Source: Halocafeteria seosinensis
Lineage: Eukaryota
Reading direction: 5' to 3'
DNA: 64,000 nt
Assembly: GCA_001687465.1 (NCBI GenBank)
Contig: LVLI01000517.1
Coordinates: 1 to 64,000, forward strand
Shown here piece by piece: positions 36,027 to 49,093 of this stretch (the stretch's first letter is position 1; the number at the start of each line of letters is the position of its first letter). Position numbers and translations under genes: made by a program. The notes under the pieces were generated by a model. The model was given only the letters and a program-made list of their open reading frames with translations, was not told the DNA's origin and did no database searches.

Positions 36027-39000
36027 TCAAGACCCACCATAGTGAGATGGCAAAATAGGACCGAATTCCTTCTTCGAAACACCCGTGCGAGCGTTTTGCG
36101 AGCGTTTCGCCTTTGCCTCACGAACTAGAGCGTCACGGTGAAGAGCTTGGGTCCGCTTGGCAAAATCGAGTTGAGCTACATGACCTTTAGGATCGCCTAC
36201 ATGACCGGAATCGCACTTGCTCTCTCTTTCCAAGTTTGACTCAGAGCCAGCTACAGCGGAATTCACTATCGGAGGTGTATCAAACTGGATCTCGACCAAG
36301 GGAGGCGGTTCCGCTAGTAACTTTGCCTTCCACTGACGTAACTTCAGAACAGTCCGATTGAGACGACTCATGTCGTCGGTGCATACACTTGATGCTGCGG
36401 CCACCTTTATTACTGCATTTCGTCCGACGGGCTGTTTCCATTCCCCTGTAGTTAACTGCGGAGCCGACGCCGAGACCACATGAATTTTTCCGGAATGATA
36501 TGGACGCGGTCCGCTCAAATCAATTAACATTATCTGAGGAATTGCTTCCATGTTAGCAGGATAGGCAGAATCAACGCTAGAGTGTTGTATGCTCTCATCA
36601 CCAGTTCGTTCAGGATTAGCTGTGACAGGATGATATCCAATACGCCGTTGCACGGCTTTCTTTTGCTGAGGTGAAAATGCCTTCGAGGCTTGTTCTCTAT
36701 TTCCTGAAGGGACAAAGTACGTTGCACTGCTAGAACCCCCGTTACGAGTGAGGGGATTAATTTGAGCTACTTTGTAGCCTTCGGAGACCCCGCTCCAGTG
36801 CACAGCAGACGATGCATGCGGGGAGTTGGTCTCACCGATCTTGGCACACGCTCCAGTCCACGCCTGGTTAGTAGCAACATTCACATGATGGGCTTGAAAT
36901 AGCATACCTTCATTGTTATTCCTTTTTCCACCCGACACTACCTGCAAATTGCCGATCGGTATTCCCAGATGACTAGCATACATTGAGCCAGAACCGTCAT
37001 ACGTTTTGGCCAGGCGAGTATTGTGCCGCCGTCGATACACAATGAAACCTAGGCACATCACTCCGATGACACCAAAACTGGCACCCAGAACAACCCCAGC
37101 TACAGCCGGCACTGAGCTCATCTTCGGGTTTACGGGGCCCGCGTCGCCCTTGTTGTTGATAGGTTCAGCGCTTGTGGTCACGCTTTGCCTGGCTTCCGTT
37201 GCAGACAACGCGCCTGATTCAGTCTCAGATGGAGACAAAGTTTGTGTGTACATGGCCGTTGGTGTGATGGTGGTTGAGGCTGTCGCTGTCGCCGGATCTC
37301 TAATAAGGGGAAGGGGAGTTTGGGTCCAAGAGGAGGAAGAGGCACCTGTGGCGCTTGCTGTTGTTGGTACGATCGAATCAGTATAAGATTGCGTTGACCC
37401 TGTTGCCGAAGTCGGTATATGAGTCCATGGTGTGGTCCTTGCATGTGTGATCGAACCCGTAATTGCGATTTTTCCTTTTGGAGATCTCGATTCACTGCCG
37501 GAAGCCGTCGAAGTTGGAGCACTAGTTCTCGAGGCAGTCTTCGAGTGAGATCCAGTAGATGTGGACGTCGAAGTTGGCGTAGATGACGCTGTGCTCGAAC
37601 TGGAGCCAGTCACAGTTCTAGTGCCGGTCGCTGTGGGTGTCGGACTAGCTGTCATTGTTGCTGAGCATGTGACGGACTCAGTTCGAGTGGAAGTAGTGGT
37701 CGCTGTAACAGTCGGGCTGGTTGTAGTAGATGTAGAGCCTGTCACAGAGTCGGTTTGAGTAGAAGAAGCGGTAACGGTGGCAGAGCCGCTTGCCGAATGG
37801 GAAGAAGTGCGACTCGGGCTAGCAGAGCGAGTGCCTGTTGTCGTTGGTGATAATGAGGGACTACCTGTACTTGAAATTGAACCACTCGCGGTAGAGGATA
37901 GGGTCACCGTTGCCGTAGCTGTCCCCGTTCCTGTTTGCGTAGGAAACGATGAAATGCTTGCGGTAGAGGTTAGGGTCGCCGTTGCCGTAGCTGTCCCCGT
38001 TCCTGTTTGCGTAGGAAACGATGAAATGCTCGCAGTTCTTGAATTTGATGGAGATAAAGTCATGGAACCAGTCGCCGCGCTGCTCGGTGTCGCTGTGAGG
38101 CTTGCGGTAGCACTGGGTGTGCGTGGCAACTGGAAGCGTAGAATCGGCAGCAGATTCTCCTCGTCGTCGTCACTTTCTCCTCTATCGACAGCCCATACGT
38201 CCTCAGACCACCCTCCCAGTTGATACAGTTGTCCCTGTATATCGCTTAAATCATCTGAATTGGCTGTTTCTGCAAGATTAGTTACATCATCCACTCCTAC
38301 GATCGACGCTGCTCCTCCATTTCCATTATATACCGAATATTTCACGTGAATAGTACCACTTGCTTCACTTAATATTGATCCTATAATACCGCCAGCATTT
38401 GTCCCAGTGACTGCACCTGATGCATATGTATTTGTGATGTATACATCTCCTGTCGCACGACCTGATTGCCCTCCTGTCCTCCATCCTGTAATACCTCCTG
38501 CTTGGGTGCCACTAATATCTCCTCGTGTGTAACAATCTATGATATGTACTTCACCCCCATCGTCTGCTGTATCCCCTCCGTTAATCCCTCCACTATAATC
38601 TGCAGATATTTGTCCCATACTATAACATTCCTTGATATAAATGAATCCATTAGTAAGACCAGCATCGTCACCCACAATACCACCACTGGATAGACCACTA
38701 GGAATAATATCTCCTGTGGAATAGGAACGAGTTATATACACTTGACCATTTGTAAGACCAGCACCATTTCCACAAATACCACCTGCCCTCCATCCTTCAA
38801 TATTCCCAGTGGAATAACAATACGTTATATTGACAAGCCCATGATTGTATCCTACATTGTCCCCTGCAATACCACCTGCTCTGTTACCTAGTATCCTCCC
38901 TGTCGAATACGAATTCGATATCTTGATTTGACCATGATCAAAACCACTTCGCCAACCACATATACCACCACCGTGGCTACCAGCAATATCTCCTGATGAA

Positions 39001-39905
39001 CTACATGAATCTATGATAAAGAATTTCTGCTCTTGTTGGACAATGAATCCACCTGAGGATGCAGTTAACCCATTCCTAGCATCAAGATTCCGAATCAAGG
39101 GAGCTTGATCAAACGATACAACACTACCCAGTATCGTAAACAATCCTTCAAAGTCTGTTATTCCGTTCAGATCTATGAAGTTCCCATTCTGTCGACCTCC
39201 GTCAAATGTCTCCTTCGCATCCAACGAGATGTATTCTTGATTCGTATAGCCATGATCACCCCATGCCAACACACTACAATTCATTTCAAACTGGTGTTGA
39301 GCCGTATTATAATGAAAGCAGGATTCGTCACCATTTAGAATCGCAGGTCGTAAATCTGTTGCTGCTACTACCTCGTTCAAAAGAATACAGCCAAAGAACA
39401 ATTACGCCAACACAATCGTCGTCTGGGACGAAATACTCGTACTTCGCAGTCCGTAAGCCAGAGACGCTTTTAAATCTGCTCGACGCGCTAGGCGTTTCAT
39501 TTTCATCTTAGAGGTTGGCCATGTCTGCATCTGGATTGGGACCCGAAATACCAGACGAATAGTTCTTTCTAAAGAGATTATGGCAAATGTCGAACAATCT
39601 TCATCACTTGGAGTTGCCAAGCTCTGAACCCCCCAATGCAATGCTAGTGCCTGGAACGATGTGACCAGCAGGCTGAATAAAACAAGCAGTGATCTCTCCT
39701 CTAAGAAAGTCCAGAGGAGGAGTCCAAAGGGCGTCATGTGTTTATAGAAGGTGAATATCTTTCGGACAATATGGAGTGGATCCACATCCTTCGTTATCGT
39801 GCTGACAGCCGTGAAAGCAGTATCTCCTCGTCCATGGGCACAGCTAGACAGATGATCGGTTGATAGGAAGCTCCTGCGTTCTCCACGGCTACGCCCACTC
39901 TCCAT
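36027..39905 (-). pseudogene. Surface-receptor family copy F; otherwise intact but with one TAA inside the signal region
   Basis: ORFs 39402-40157 and 36027-39401 are same-frame. TTIVLA*LFFGCIL aligns to copy H TTVILTALLSGCIL. Downstream 1124 codons are open with TM and tail. Confidence 0.65.
37888..38031. repeat. 72-bp tandem duplication in the copy F stalk
   Basis: Two near-identical units encoding TASISSFPTQTGTGTATAT(A/V)TL(T/S)S. Confidence 0.9.
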
Positions 39906-40689
39906 CCTCAACGCTTTCTCGTGTCCTCTACACAATAGTAGAGAAAGACCGCACTCTGCAGATCCGACGTCGTACCCACCAATCAAACATAGACAGATAG
40001 AGATGTCTATGACCCTCAGTGGGCAGCGGCAGGGCCTGGTATTGTTCTGGATGTGGGTTTGCTGCTCACTCCTACCAAGGTAAGGAACAATACCTATACT
40101 CCTTCTCATACAGTTGTAAGCGTCGATTCCCCCACCGTACTGAGCAAGGAGAAACAAACAAGTCGTATTACTACTATACTTTTGTTGTTGGGGGAAAGTC
40201 TCTATGCTGCTACTGCTCCCTCGGGCGGATTCTGGCAGAAATTCTTGGGATGATGATGCGATGGGATGGGAATTCTAAGAGGGCTGACAGACACTCTATT
40301 CGTTCACATACAGTATACAACCTGTGGTATGGCATAGTACTAACTTTATACCGGGGGAAAGTTCATCATACAATAGTGTCACAATTGAATGCACGCCCGT
40401 GGCGGCAAGACGACCGTTATGGAGTTCCCGCAACTGTCTGCACCACTTTAGGCTCGCTTCAGTGGAAGAAAGTTGTGTGTATGGTATCTATAGTATAGGT
40501 TTCCGATTTTCAGTGGGTACGTAGAATTCTTTCATGACCCATCGCGCAAAAGGAGCGGCGGTGGGCTTTCGTTTCTGGAACGTTCGGTACTGGTACTCTG
40601 AGTAAGCCTGCTTTAAAACAGTGCACGTTAGAGCGCAGATCGAGTTCTCTACACCACTACCTATTGCTTCGATACTTGTCGCATGGCTG

Positions 40690-41520
40690 GTAATTTGACG
40701 GTAGAATTGGAACGGACTCTTTCCTGGACACACAGCGGAGCGAACAAGTTTTTCCCGTTTCTCTTTAGTTTCGCGTGCGAAAGTGTACTACTGTACAGTG
40801 TAGTCCCTTGCTTTCGCCGGGCAAACCCTAATTGCTTAGCACGATGAGCACGAGCTTGCAATGTATCCGCTTCACTTTCAGCGCTGGGGTCAGGGTAGCT
40901 CTTCTGTTCAGAATCTTGGACCTAGATTTTCACGAGTGGTGGTGATTCAGCAAGCAATTTCGCCTTCTATTGACGCAGCTTTCACGCCTTCCGATCTACA
41001 CGGTTCTTTCGATCTGTGTTAATATCAGTTGCTAACGCCACTTTTATGCTGACTTCTCCAACCCCTGCAACCCCAGGCAAGAGCATCTGGCCCTGTTGTC
41101 AGGCTGTTTAGCCTCATCTGACATTAGCTGAAAGTTTCGAAGAGGAATTCCCTAGTTGCTTAAACTTCCTATGAGCTTCTATCAGCAATACAACATTGGT
41201 TCTCGATGAAAAATTGAAAGGGAAAGAGATGAACGAGGGAGAAGAAAGCGTTACGGTTTCCAAGCCGATCGGCTTTTTCCACCGTGGAGCGGTGCCATAT
41301 GGCGGCCTAAGCGATGCTTAGTGAACCCATGCCGCCTTGCAGGTCGGGATCTCCGGACAGCGAAGTTGCGTAGACTGAGTTCGAATCCTCGAGAACATCA
41401 GCAAGGCTCTTGTTTCTTCCACATTTACCCAATACACGCCAGACATGGTGATCGCATACCAGCGAATACAGTAACGCAAGAAGGATCGGACTTTCTTCGT
41501 AATTTTGTTTCGTTCCTTCG
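40690..41520 (-). pseudogene. Highly decayed relic of the family TM/tail
   Basis: EDSNSVYATSL; IKVALATDINT..KLRQ*KAKLLAESPPLVKI; KQLGFARR; RKESVPILPSNY; many stops. Confidence 0.75.
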
Positions 41521-42884
41521 GGAAATAAACCTCCTTTTGGGTGCTGGCACATTCCTATCTCCTCCTTCTCTCTGTCCCTGACCTTCGCTATATTTGATAC
41601 GACACGCCAGGTGTTTTGTCCATCCAACCAGAAAAAGAGTGAAATATTTATGTGATAGAGGTGAAAATGACTTCTGTGTTCCCCTCTTCTCAACGCCCCA
41701 ACATCAGTATGCGCATACCATCACCGCCAATAGTGTTGTACATCAACACTCCTGCCATTCGACTTCCTTTGCCCTCTATACCCAAGATACAGTTTTTACG
41801 TGAATGGTCACCGGCTGTCCCGGTACAAGCGCGTATCATTAGACATGGATACAGAATGCTCCTAGAACTATACGGGTGTTTACACAGCGCCTAGTGTCAC
41901 TTCCAAAGTAGAAGCAGCGGTAAACGTTTTCCGTAAAACCGCGGAAACTACACACTTCCCAAGGAATCCCAACCCCGCAAAAACTCCGGAACATGTACCT
42001 ACAATACCAATACATATGTACAATATTTATCTGATACATGAAGGCTATCGTATTGATACCATTCTTTTATTTCATATCATTTCGAATGGCCTCCCGGTAA
42101 ATCTTAATACAGCCTGAAGAAACCTGCTGCTGACTTCTTGAGCTAGTGGATCGCAACCTCAATGGAACCGAAGAAACGCAAACTATCGAATTTAGGCAAA
42201 CGGAACTTCCATCAGGTTTGGCTAGTTGCTTCTTTCTATTATGGCCAGCTCGAGCAACCAAATGGTGACTGCTCAGTGAAAGTGCGCACATGAGAGAAAA
42301 TATATGTACAGTAGTTAAGGGGAAGGAGTCCCAGGAGTCCTGGTTACTTTCATGGTGGAAATGAATGTGATCAGATCTGCAGTACGTGCACCGAATACAC
42401 TTGGGACAAACTAGGAACGCCATTCCAGTACTCAGTACTGTGCGTTATTCGCTCTCCCCATATCATACCATGTCTCCTTAATGACCCCGTGCTTCAGGCA
42501 CCACCAGCTGAACTGGAAATCTGTGTGGAAATGTAACTCCACATCATAAGCACAAGCATGTGCCCTCATTCATATTGCCCTTGTTTCAGTGTGGTTGTTC
42601 GAAAGAATCCTTCCTGTTCTTGGACCGAAATACTACCAGCACTCGCTACACACACACAAATGTACTCGCTACTTCCTCAAGAGACTGGGCTCGCTCGAAT
42701 CGATCGGAGTTGAGTCGACTCGGGCTTCAACCTCCAGATCGTAGAGGTATCCTTAGCCATAGTATTGTTACATTTCGCTCTTTCTAGGGTATGCATAGGG
42801 GAGATCTAGTCCCGCACGTCGTTAGATGCGTGGGCTTGGTGGAAAGCAGTATATACGCTTAATCCATCCGATGTGACTTGGACG

Positions 42885-44050
42885 ATGAGGGGTGAGTCAA
42901 CCAAGACGACGAGCCAACTCTCCCGGCAACTGCGCGGATGTTGCGTATACTACGCGTTCATCGCAAGTATGACGTTCGCCTTCGGCGCACTGCTTCCGTG
43001 TATCCCTGTGGACGTGCAGGACGGCGAGGTGGCGAAATGGCACCACCGGATCTGGCGAAGAGATTTTCTCGGGGTGGGAGACCTTCTGGCGTGGCTCGCG
43101 GCGTTAGCCGCAGGGTTCGGGTTCGTGGCCACCGTGACCTGTGGACGCTCCCGGTGGTATGTTCACAGGAGACCCGCAACCTCGCGTACCATCGGCAAAC
43201 TCATGGGACTTGGAATCGTCACGTGGCCGCTCGGCCCGAAATTCTTCATGGCTTCCTGTACGGATTACTCGGAGCGACGCGACTCCATCGGTTCTCAGCT
43301 CTTGTCAGGGTTTCTTTGGAATTCAGTGTATTTTGCGTTGCCCTACTCAATCGGGCTACTTTTTTCAGTTCTCGATGAGGTGCGTGCAAGTTAAGCCCCA
43401 GAGTCGCTCAAAGCGTTTGCACTACCGCTAGTTTCATTCGCAGGTGGAATTACTAAATAAAATAGTGCTCGAATGGAGATACATAAAACAATGGGATTTA
43501 CGGGTTATTTCGGCGTTCACCTCTGCGGCTGTTGCTATTATATCAGCGCTTAGCTTTCAACTGTACATTCACTATACCCATGGACGTCTGGTTTACTACA
43601 GCGGGGCAATTCTTGGACTAGTTTTTCTGATTGCTTGCTATGGATTCTATTACAGGAAGACTCATGTGCTTCACCTCCATCACTATTTCCTGTTTGGAGT
43701 GTTGGCACTTCTGTTTGCCTCTAGACACATATTTAGCGTCATCTGTTTCGGTATTTGCAGTGGCATTTCAGTCGAGGTAAGTAATGTCTGCCCGCTAATT
43801 AGTTCCCGCAGTGGAATGCAGCGTGAGCTGCTTTCTACAGGGGGTAAGTCGATGGGGGATAAGTCGTATATTTACGCCTCGGCGAAATACGGGGAAGAAA
43901 CAACAGGCAAAACCTCAAATAGAGTTAGAACGAGTAGAAAGCGAGGCCCTTGCTTTGAGCCAAGGGCAGCACGATGCCAGTAAAGTCGGCTTTGACGAAA
44001 CTGGTGTTGCGGAAGTGGAGATGAAGGATAATATATCCGTCGAGAATTAA
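42885..44050 (+). CDS. Uncharacterised multi-pass membrane protein with HLHHY motif; exons 42885-43379, 43444-43776, 43841-44050 (~345 aa)
   Basis: Two 64-nt GT-AG introns (43380-43443, 43777-43840), both phase 0; several hydrophobic helices; HLHHY...GISVEGVSRWG. Confidence 0.75.
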
Positions 44051-44111
44051 ACCGAGTGTACATGAATATATCTTCGATTGGCTCTTGTGCTATTTTAGTT
44101 TTTCTCAGGGA

Positions 44112-46598
44112 CTACTGGGCCTTTGAGTTGCTCATAACTTCTCGAGCTCGGTCAGACGATCGCTTCGAAGCGCGCTGCCCAGGAGATCCATCTTTCAGCG
44201 ACGCGGGAAGCTGATCCTCATCGTAGCCCTCCTCTGGTGAGGTGCTACTTTTTCTACCACTGAATCCATATTTTCCGTTCTGTTTCGCTGGACTTTGGTC
44301 ATTTGAGAGCTTTGATGATCGGGATGAAGTCGACCCTTTCCTTCCCGGCGGAGACTTATATTTAGATTGTCCCTTCTTAGTTTGCATCGCGGTTCCTCCT
44401 GCGTAGGAAGCATTCTGCCATATATCAGCACGCAAGTCATCGAATTGCTTTTTACGGATCATCGTTTGCTTCTGCCTCCTATCTTCCCTCTGTTTGTGAA
44501 TAATCGATGTTAGTAGCTCATCTGTATCCTCGGATTCAATAATACGTCGAGCATGGGCCTCGATATCGGCAGAGCCGGGCAAAGCGCTATAAGCATCATC
44601 TCTTTTAGGAACGCCATACATGAGGTCGATCTCGAATGAAGTTAAATCATCCCTGGAGATGTTTTGATCCTCCATCAGTGCCTCCAGAATCTTACGCTGT
44701 AACTCTCGCCGTCGATAGTTTTCTTCCGCTTGAGCCTTTTGATCAGCAGCGTCCGCTGCCTTCACGTAGTAGAACCTACCATCTTCATCCCCAATTGACA
44801 GACTCATTTTGCTTGCCGATCCAGTCGTTAGATCATGGAGTCTCTTTTGAACCCGATGCAGGCTGAACATGTCTAACCCTTGCATGACAGTTTTTACCTT
44901 CTGACCATTAGAAATTGACTCGATAATAGCGCCAAGGCATGTATCCCGCAGTAATACGGGCACGCAAGGCCTTCCTTGCCTGAGCAATTCTTCGTCTCTG
45001 TCTTTCTGGGCAACGAGGTTGTTCATAGTGATGACCATTATTTCTGCGAGCAAATGCGGGAATTCGTGCTGAGATATATTGGATCCCCGACTGAGAGAAG
45101 CTACATCCTGAAACGTCGTCACCGCTACCTCTCTTCTTACCAGGAGAGGTATTAGTTGGAAATCCAGACAACACCTAAGGAATTCGGGCCTCGTGATGTG
45201 ACTACTATACGTAGCAATGTTATCAAACGTAGCCCGCGATACATTGCTATGGCTCCGGGAATTCGCATAGAACTTAAAAAGAACGTCAAAGATTTTATGC
45301 TTCTTCTTAAGAAGAGTAGACAAACGCAATGGCTCATTAGCGGACACAATGTTGGCGGCAACCTTGTGAATACTTTGGAGCTTCTCAAAGTCGTCGTGAT
45401 CGTCTTCCTCATCAAAGTCTTCACCATATTCTTCATTGCTCTGCTTCACTGGTTGTTTCGACGGTTTCTCCTTCTTCGTGGAGATATTCAGCTCGACGCT
45501 GTCATCACTTTCTTCGCCCAATGAATGTTCCTGATTGGTAGGTGTGTTGCCAGCTTTCTTCTCCTGTGATTTCGCTTCATGGGCACTGTTGATGGCACCT
45601 TGAAACTCCAGCCAATTAATTTTCAGTCGACCTGCTTCGTCTTTGCGAAATAGCTCTGCCCTAGGGATATATTCAGACAAGGCGGTATAACCATGTTTTC
45701 TACCAAGGGAATCCACAGCTTCGGCTAAATCCTGCAACCAAGACAGGGGCAAGAGTGTATGGTATCAAAACATCAAGGGACCCTTCCATAATGAGCTTAC
45801 ATTAAAGTAAATATCTTGATCTTCAAACTGTTGAGACGGATCGTCTTTATTTCCTAGTTCACGGAAGATCTTCCTCATCTGTTGCGACTTGTTTGCTAAA
45901 AACGAAATGGGATCCAGAGTTGCGGGAGATTTCTTTGGTGTTCCCGATGTCGGACTTTTCACGGAGGAGTTCTGCCCCGAAGACTGATGCTCCAAAGAAT
46001 TTGAGTTGGCTTGAAGCGAGGAGTTACTTTCTCCTTTTTTCATGGAAGCATTGCTCTCCGCTTTCTTCATAGAGCTCGAGTTGGATTTCATGGACGCATT
46101 GCTCTCCGCTTTCTTAATGGAAGCGTTACTCTCTGCCTTTTTCATGGAATTCACTGACGCATTGCTTTCTGTTTTTTCTAATGGAGTCTCATTATCATGA
46201 GTGCTCTCTTGTGGTCCTCCACCCCCTGAATCGCTTTGATGTTGTTCCGGAGAATCTCCTCCTTTCGCACCTTCATCGGCATGTTCATCATTGTGGTCAT
46301 ACGTATCGTCCTCGTATTCTTCGTCATCATTATCAGCATTCACAGGAGTCTTCTCCTGCTGACTACTGTTTTTCGGTAGAGGGGAGTTTTCGTTGTCGAC
46401 TTGGACCGAGGGTCGATTGTTTTCTCCCGCAGGACTCGACGGCGATGCATTCTCAGGTTTATTTTGATTCTCCCCCGAAGATGAGAATGCTCCGGAAGCA
46501 GCAGCAACTTCATCATCATTATCTTGTGGTGTTTTATCTTGACCTGGAGCTGGACCTGGGGAAGTCTGGGGTGCCTCCAAATCTTCGCTCGTACTCAT
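44112..46598 (-). CDS. Uncharacterised protein with acidic low-complexity N-terminus, degenerate EF-hand-like region and coiled coil; exons 46598-45801, 45731-44112 (~805 aa)
   Basis: 69-nt intron 45732-45800 (GTAAGC..TTGCAG) joins same-frame ORFs; ITRPEFLRCCLDFQLIP and ISQHEFPHLL. A polypyrimidine/CAG upstream suggests a further 5' exon. Confidence 0.75.
46020..46170 (-). repeat. Coding minisatellite (S-M/I-K-K-A-E-S-N-A units)
   Basis: KTESNAS..SMKKAESNASIKKAESNASMK..SMKKAESNASMKKGESNS. Confidence 0.8.
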
Positions 46599-48499
46599 TA
46601 TTCTCTCTGCAAGCAAAAAGAAGAAAAGAGAGCATAAAGTCATAGAATGAAAAGGAAAGGCATACTGGGAGAGGGCCAATTATGAAAGTCAGCACCTGAA
46701 TGAAGCAGTTTCCGCTGCGGTAGAGGATTCCGAGGCCGCCCTTTCTCTCATTTCGCATCGTTTCCTCCTGACCCAACAGTTTATTCCTTCTCAGCATACT
46801 GTACAGCCCTATGGACATCTCATTTGTAGGTGATAAAGGACCCGAATGCTCCAAATACGGGAAGAACGCCTTCGAACAGCCCTTTTCTGACTTCTTTGCC
46901 CCCACAAATCATTCCCTTTCGCTCCCCAAACGATCTGTCATAGAGATCCACAGCCTTCCATTTGAGTCTTTTTATTAATGCACCCATCTTTTGCACTGCG
47001 CATTTCTAATAGGGTGAAAACAAGGGAAAGGAATCCACCTTACCGTTGAGCGTGCGAACTTCGTAAACGGAAAAACGGCAAGTTGGTTGTTTTCCTCAAA
47101 TACACGCAGATTCTAAAGTTTGATTGGTGGAACACATCCAGATACATACATACAATTACAAGCACAGTGACGAACAAAGGGACCACTGAATGAAGGAGGC
47201 GTGTAAAAATGACCTTTTTTGTTTGTGGGTGGTGCTGTCGCAAGGCTAGTTCCCACAGGTCGCAGGGTGAGGTCGTACCCTTTAGGCTTTGGCCGCCGAT
47301 TTGGAACTTCAAAAACTTCATTCGAAGATAAGAGTCTACCACAGCAATCTTAAATCAAGGGCAGAAAATATCGTGCCCAACGTTTCAGACATTGAAATCA
47401 CATGTGCTGTATTTTCTCATTTGTCGTACACCTGTATGAACCTCTTGGCCCTGAGGGGCCTGAGGCTCCACACAACCTCAACCTGAATTCCCAGGAAGGA
47501 CACACGTGTTGCTGGCGTATATGCACTGGGTTTTGCAATATTTATGGGATCCGTGCACAAGGATAGCGGACGTGAGCGGAGAGGAACGTGCGTTTTCCGC
47601 GGAAATTCCCATAATAGTAGGTGCTGCACAAATTGTACAACGTTGTACAAGGATTCGTGGCCATAATCATGTGAGGAAGTAGAAGCGCGCTAAGAGGAGA
47701 CATATGGACGGCGTAAAGCTGGTGTACACATCTACCCATAAGTATGCGAAATTATGCGGACACGCTTTCGGAAGATTCTGACTAACATTTCTTCTCGTTA
47801 AATCGGGGAAGTCTGCTTATCCCTCAACAACCTCGACATCCCTTGAGCCTCTTGAGGGCATGAAGACTTGAGAGGAAGAATTCAACGGATTGAATTTACG
47901 GACTTATATTGTGCGTGGGTAAGAAGGGTGAGTGATTGGAATTTTTTTGGGGGGAGGCAGAGGTCGTGTACGGTACGTCAGAGATACCGGTATGTACGAG
48001 GCGAAACAAAAGTGGTGCGGTACGTCAGAGACACCGATATGTAAGAGGCGGAAATTTTCGTCTGCTTGTACAATTGTATTGTACTGTATAACTCAGTGGT
48101 GCGAATACGAGGTGACAACTGCAAATGTGGGAGATGTTTTCCCCGTACTGCAAGTGGACTTCCCAACCCCGACTGGGCGTTCAGCATCTGACCCATGACA
48201 AGAAAAATTTCACACATGATTGAAGCCCCAAAACGTACCATAACTAATACGTATCATAAGTAGACTGCGCTCCCAAATACCAGTGGTACGCTTGATTAAC
48301 CATCTTGACCAATATCCCGCCGTGTGAATTTCGTCACGGGAAATTCGAAAGCCGCGTCGATAAGTGTGCTCATGCTATTACCATTGTTCAAACAGCCTGT
48401 ACGGATATAAACTGTCCCCAGCGCTTTTGGCACAATATTAGTACCGCATCTGAAGCCTCGAATTCAGCCCCGTACTGGAACTCCGAATAAAGGAGTCCA

Positions 48500-49093
48500 T
48501 ACACGATGGCATCGTGGGTTAGAATACCACATCTTATACGATCCACGAAGCGTATTTCTTCTTTGGCCACTTCGATCTGGACGCTGATGTTGGTAGGGAT
48601 CGCTGTCTTCATTACTGTCCTGGTTTGCTTGCTAATTGATCGTGTTCAAAAGCAACTGGAACTGGACTTGTTCAAAACCCGGGAGCTATATTCTGCTGTC
48701 GCCTCTCATTGTGCCACTCTGGTGCATGGATATAGTATGAGAATGACTCAGTAAGACAGCACCCATATTGTTTAGTCTGTTCTGCTTGTATCGTGTCGTT
48801 ATCTTCATTCGGTTGACAGAAAATTGAAAAGCCACGTTATCCCACATTTTCCGATAGGCGGGTTGCTAGGACCCAACATGGAATCTTGTGAATACTGCAT
48901 ACTTGGAAATACGGGGAGAAGGTTGAACGCCTCAAGGATGACTCTCGCACTGTTGCAGTGTAAAGCCATAGAGCTTTCAGCCTCTAACGAGAAGAATTTC
49001 ATAGGAGGCTTCTGTAAGCTATGGCTAACCTCCGAAACAATCATATACCTCGAACCAAACGGTGGAGCTCATCCAAGGTTTAATTGGAAAACG
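48500..49093 (+). pseudogene. Relic of an unknown gene (one hydrophobic helix), homologous to 63380-63925
   Basis: Shared colinear blocks: WTLMLVGIAVFI vs WTLTLIGVVFI; LLVSCR; WNLVNTAYLEIR vs WNLVTTAYLEIR; ATCCAAGGTTTAATTGGAAAACG vs ATCCAAGGTTTCATTGGACAACG. Confidence 0.65.

Noticed and set aside
10542..38223. Val/Glu-rich plus-strand ORFs (e.g. 10542-11126, 13823-14224, 17329-17988, 37777-38223)
   Set aside because: Antisense shadows of Ser/Thr-rich stalk codons.
10661..39404. Stop-codon reassignment suggested by several in-frame TGA/TAA codons in long frames
   Set aside because: TAA, TAG and TGA all terminate homologous genes at matching positions. The internal stops replace different residues (Gly, Arg, Ala) and co-occur with frameshifts, which fits nonsense mutation.
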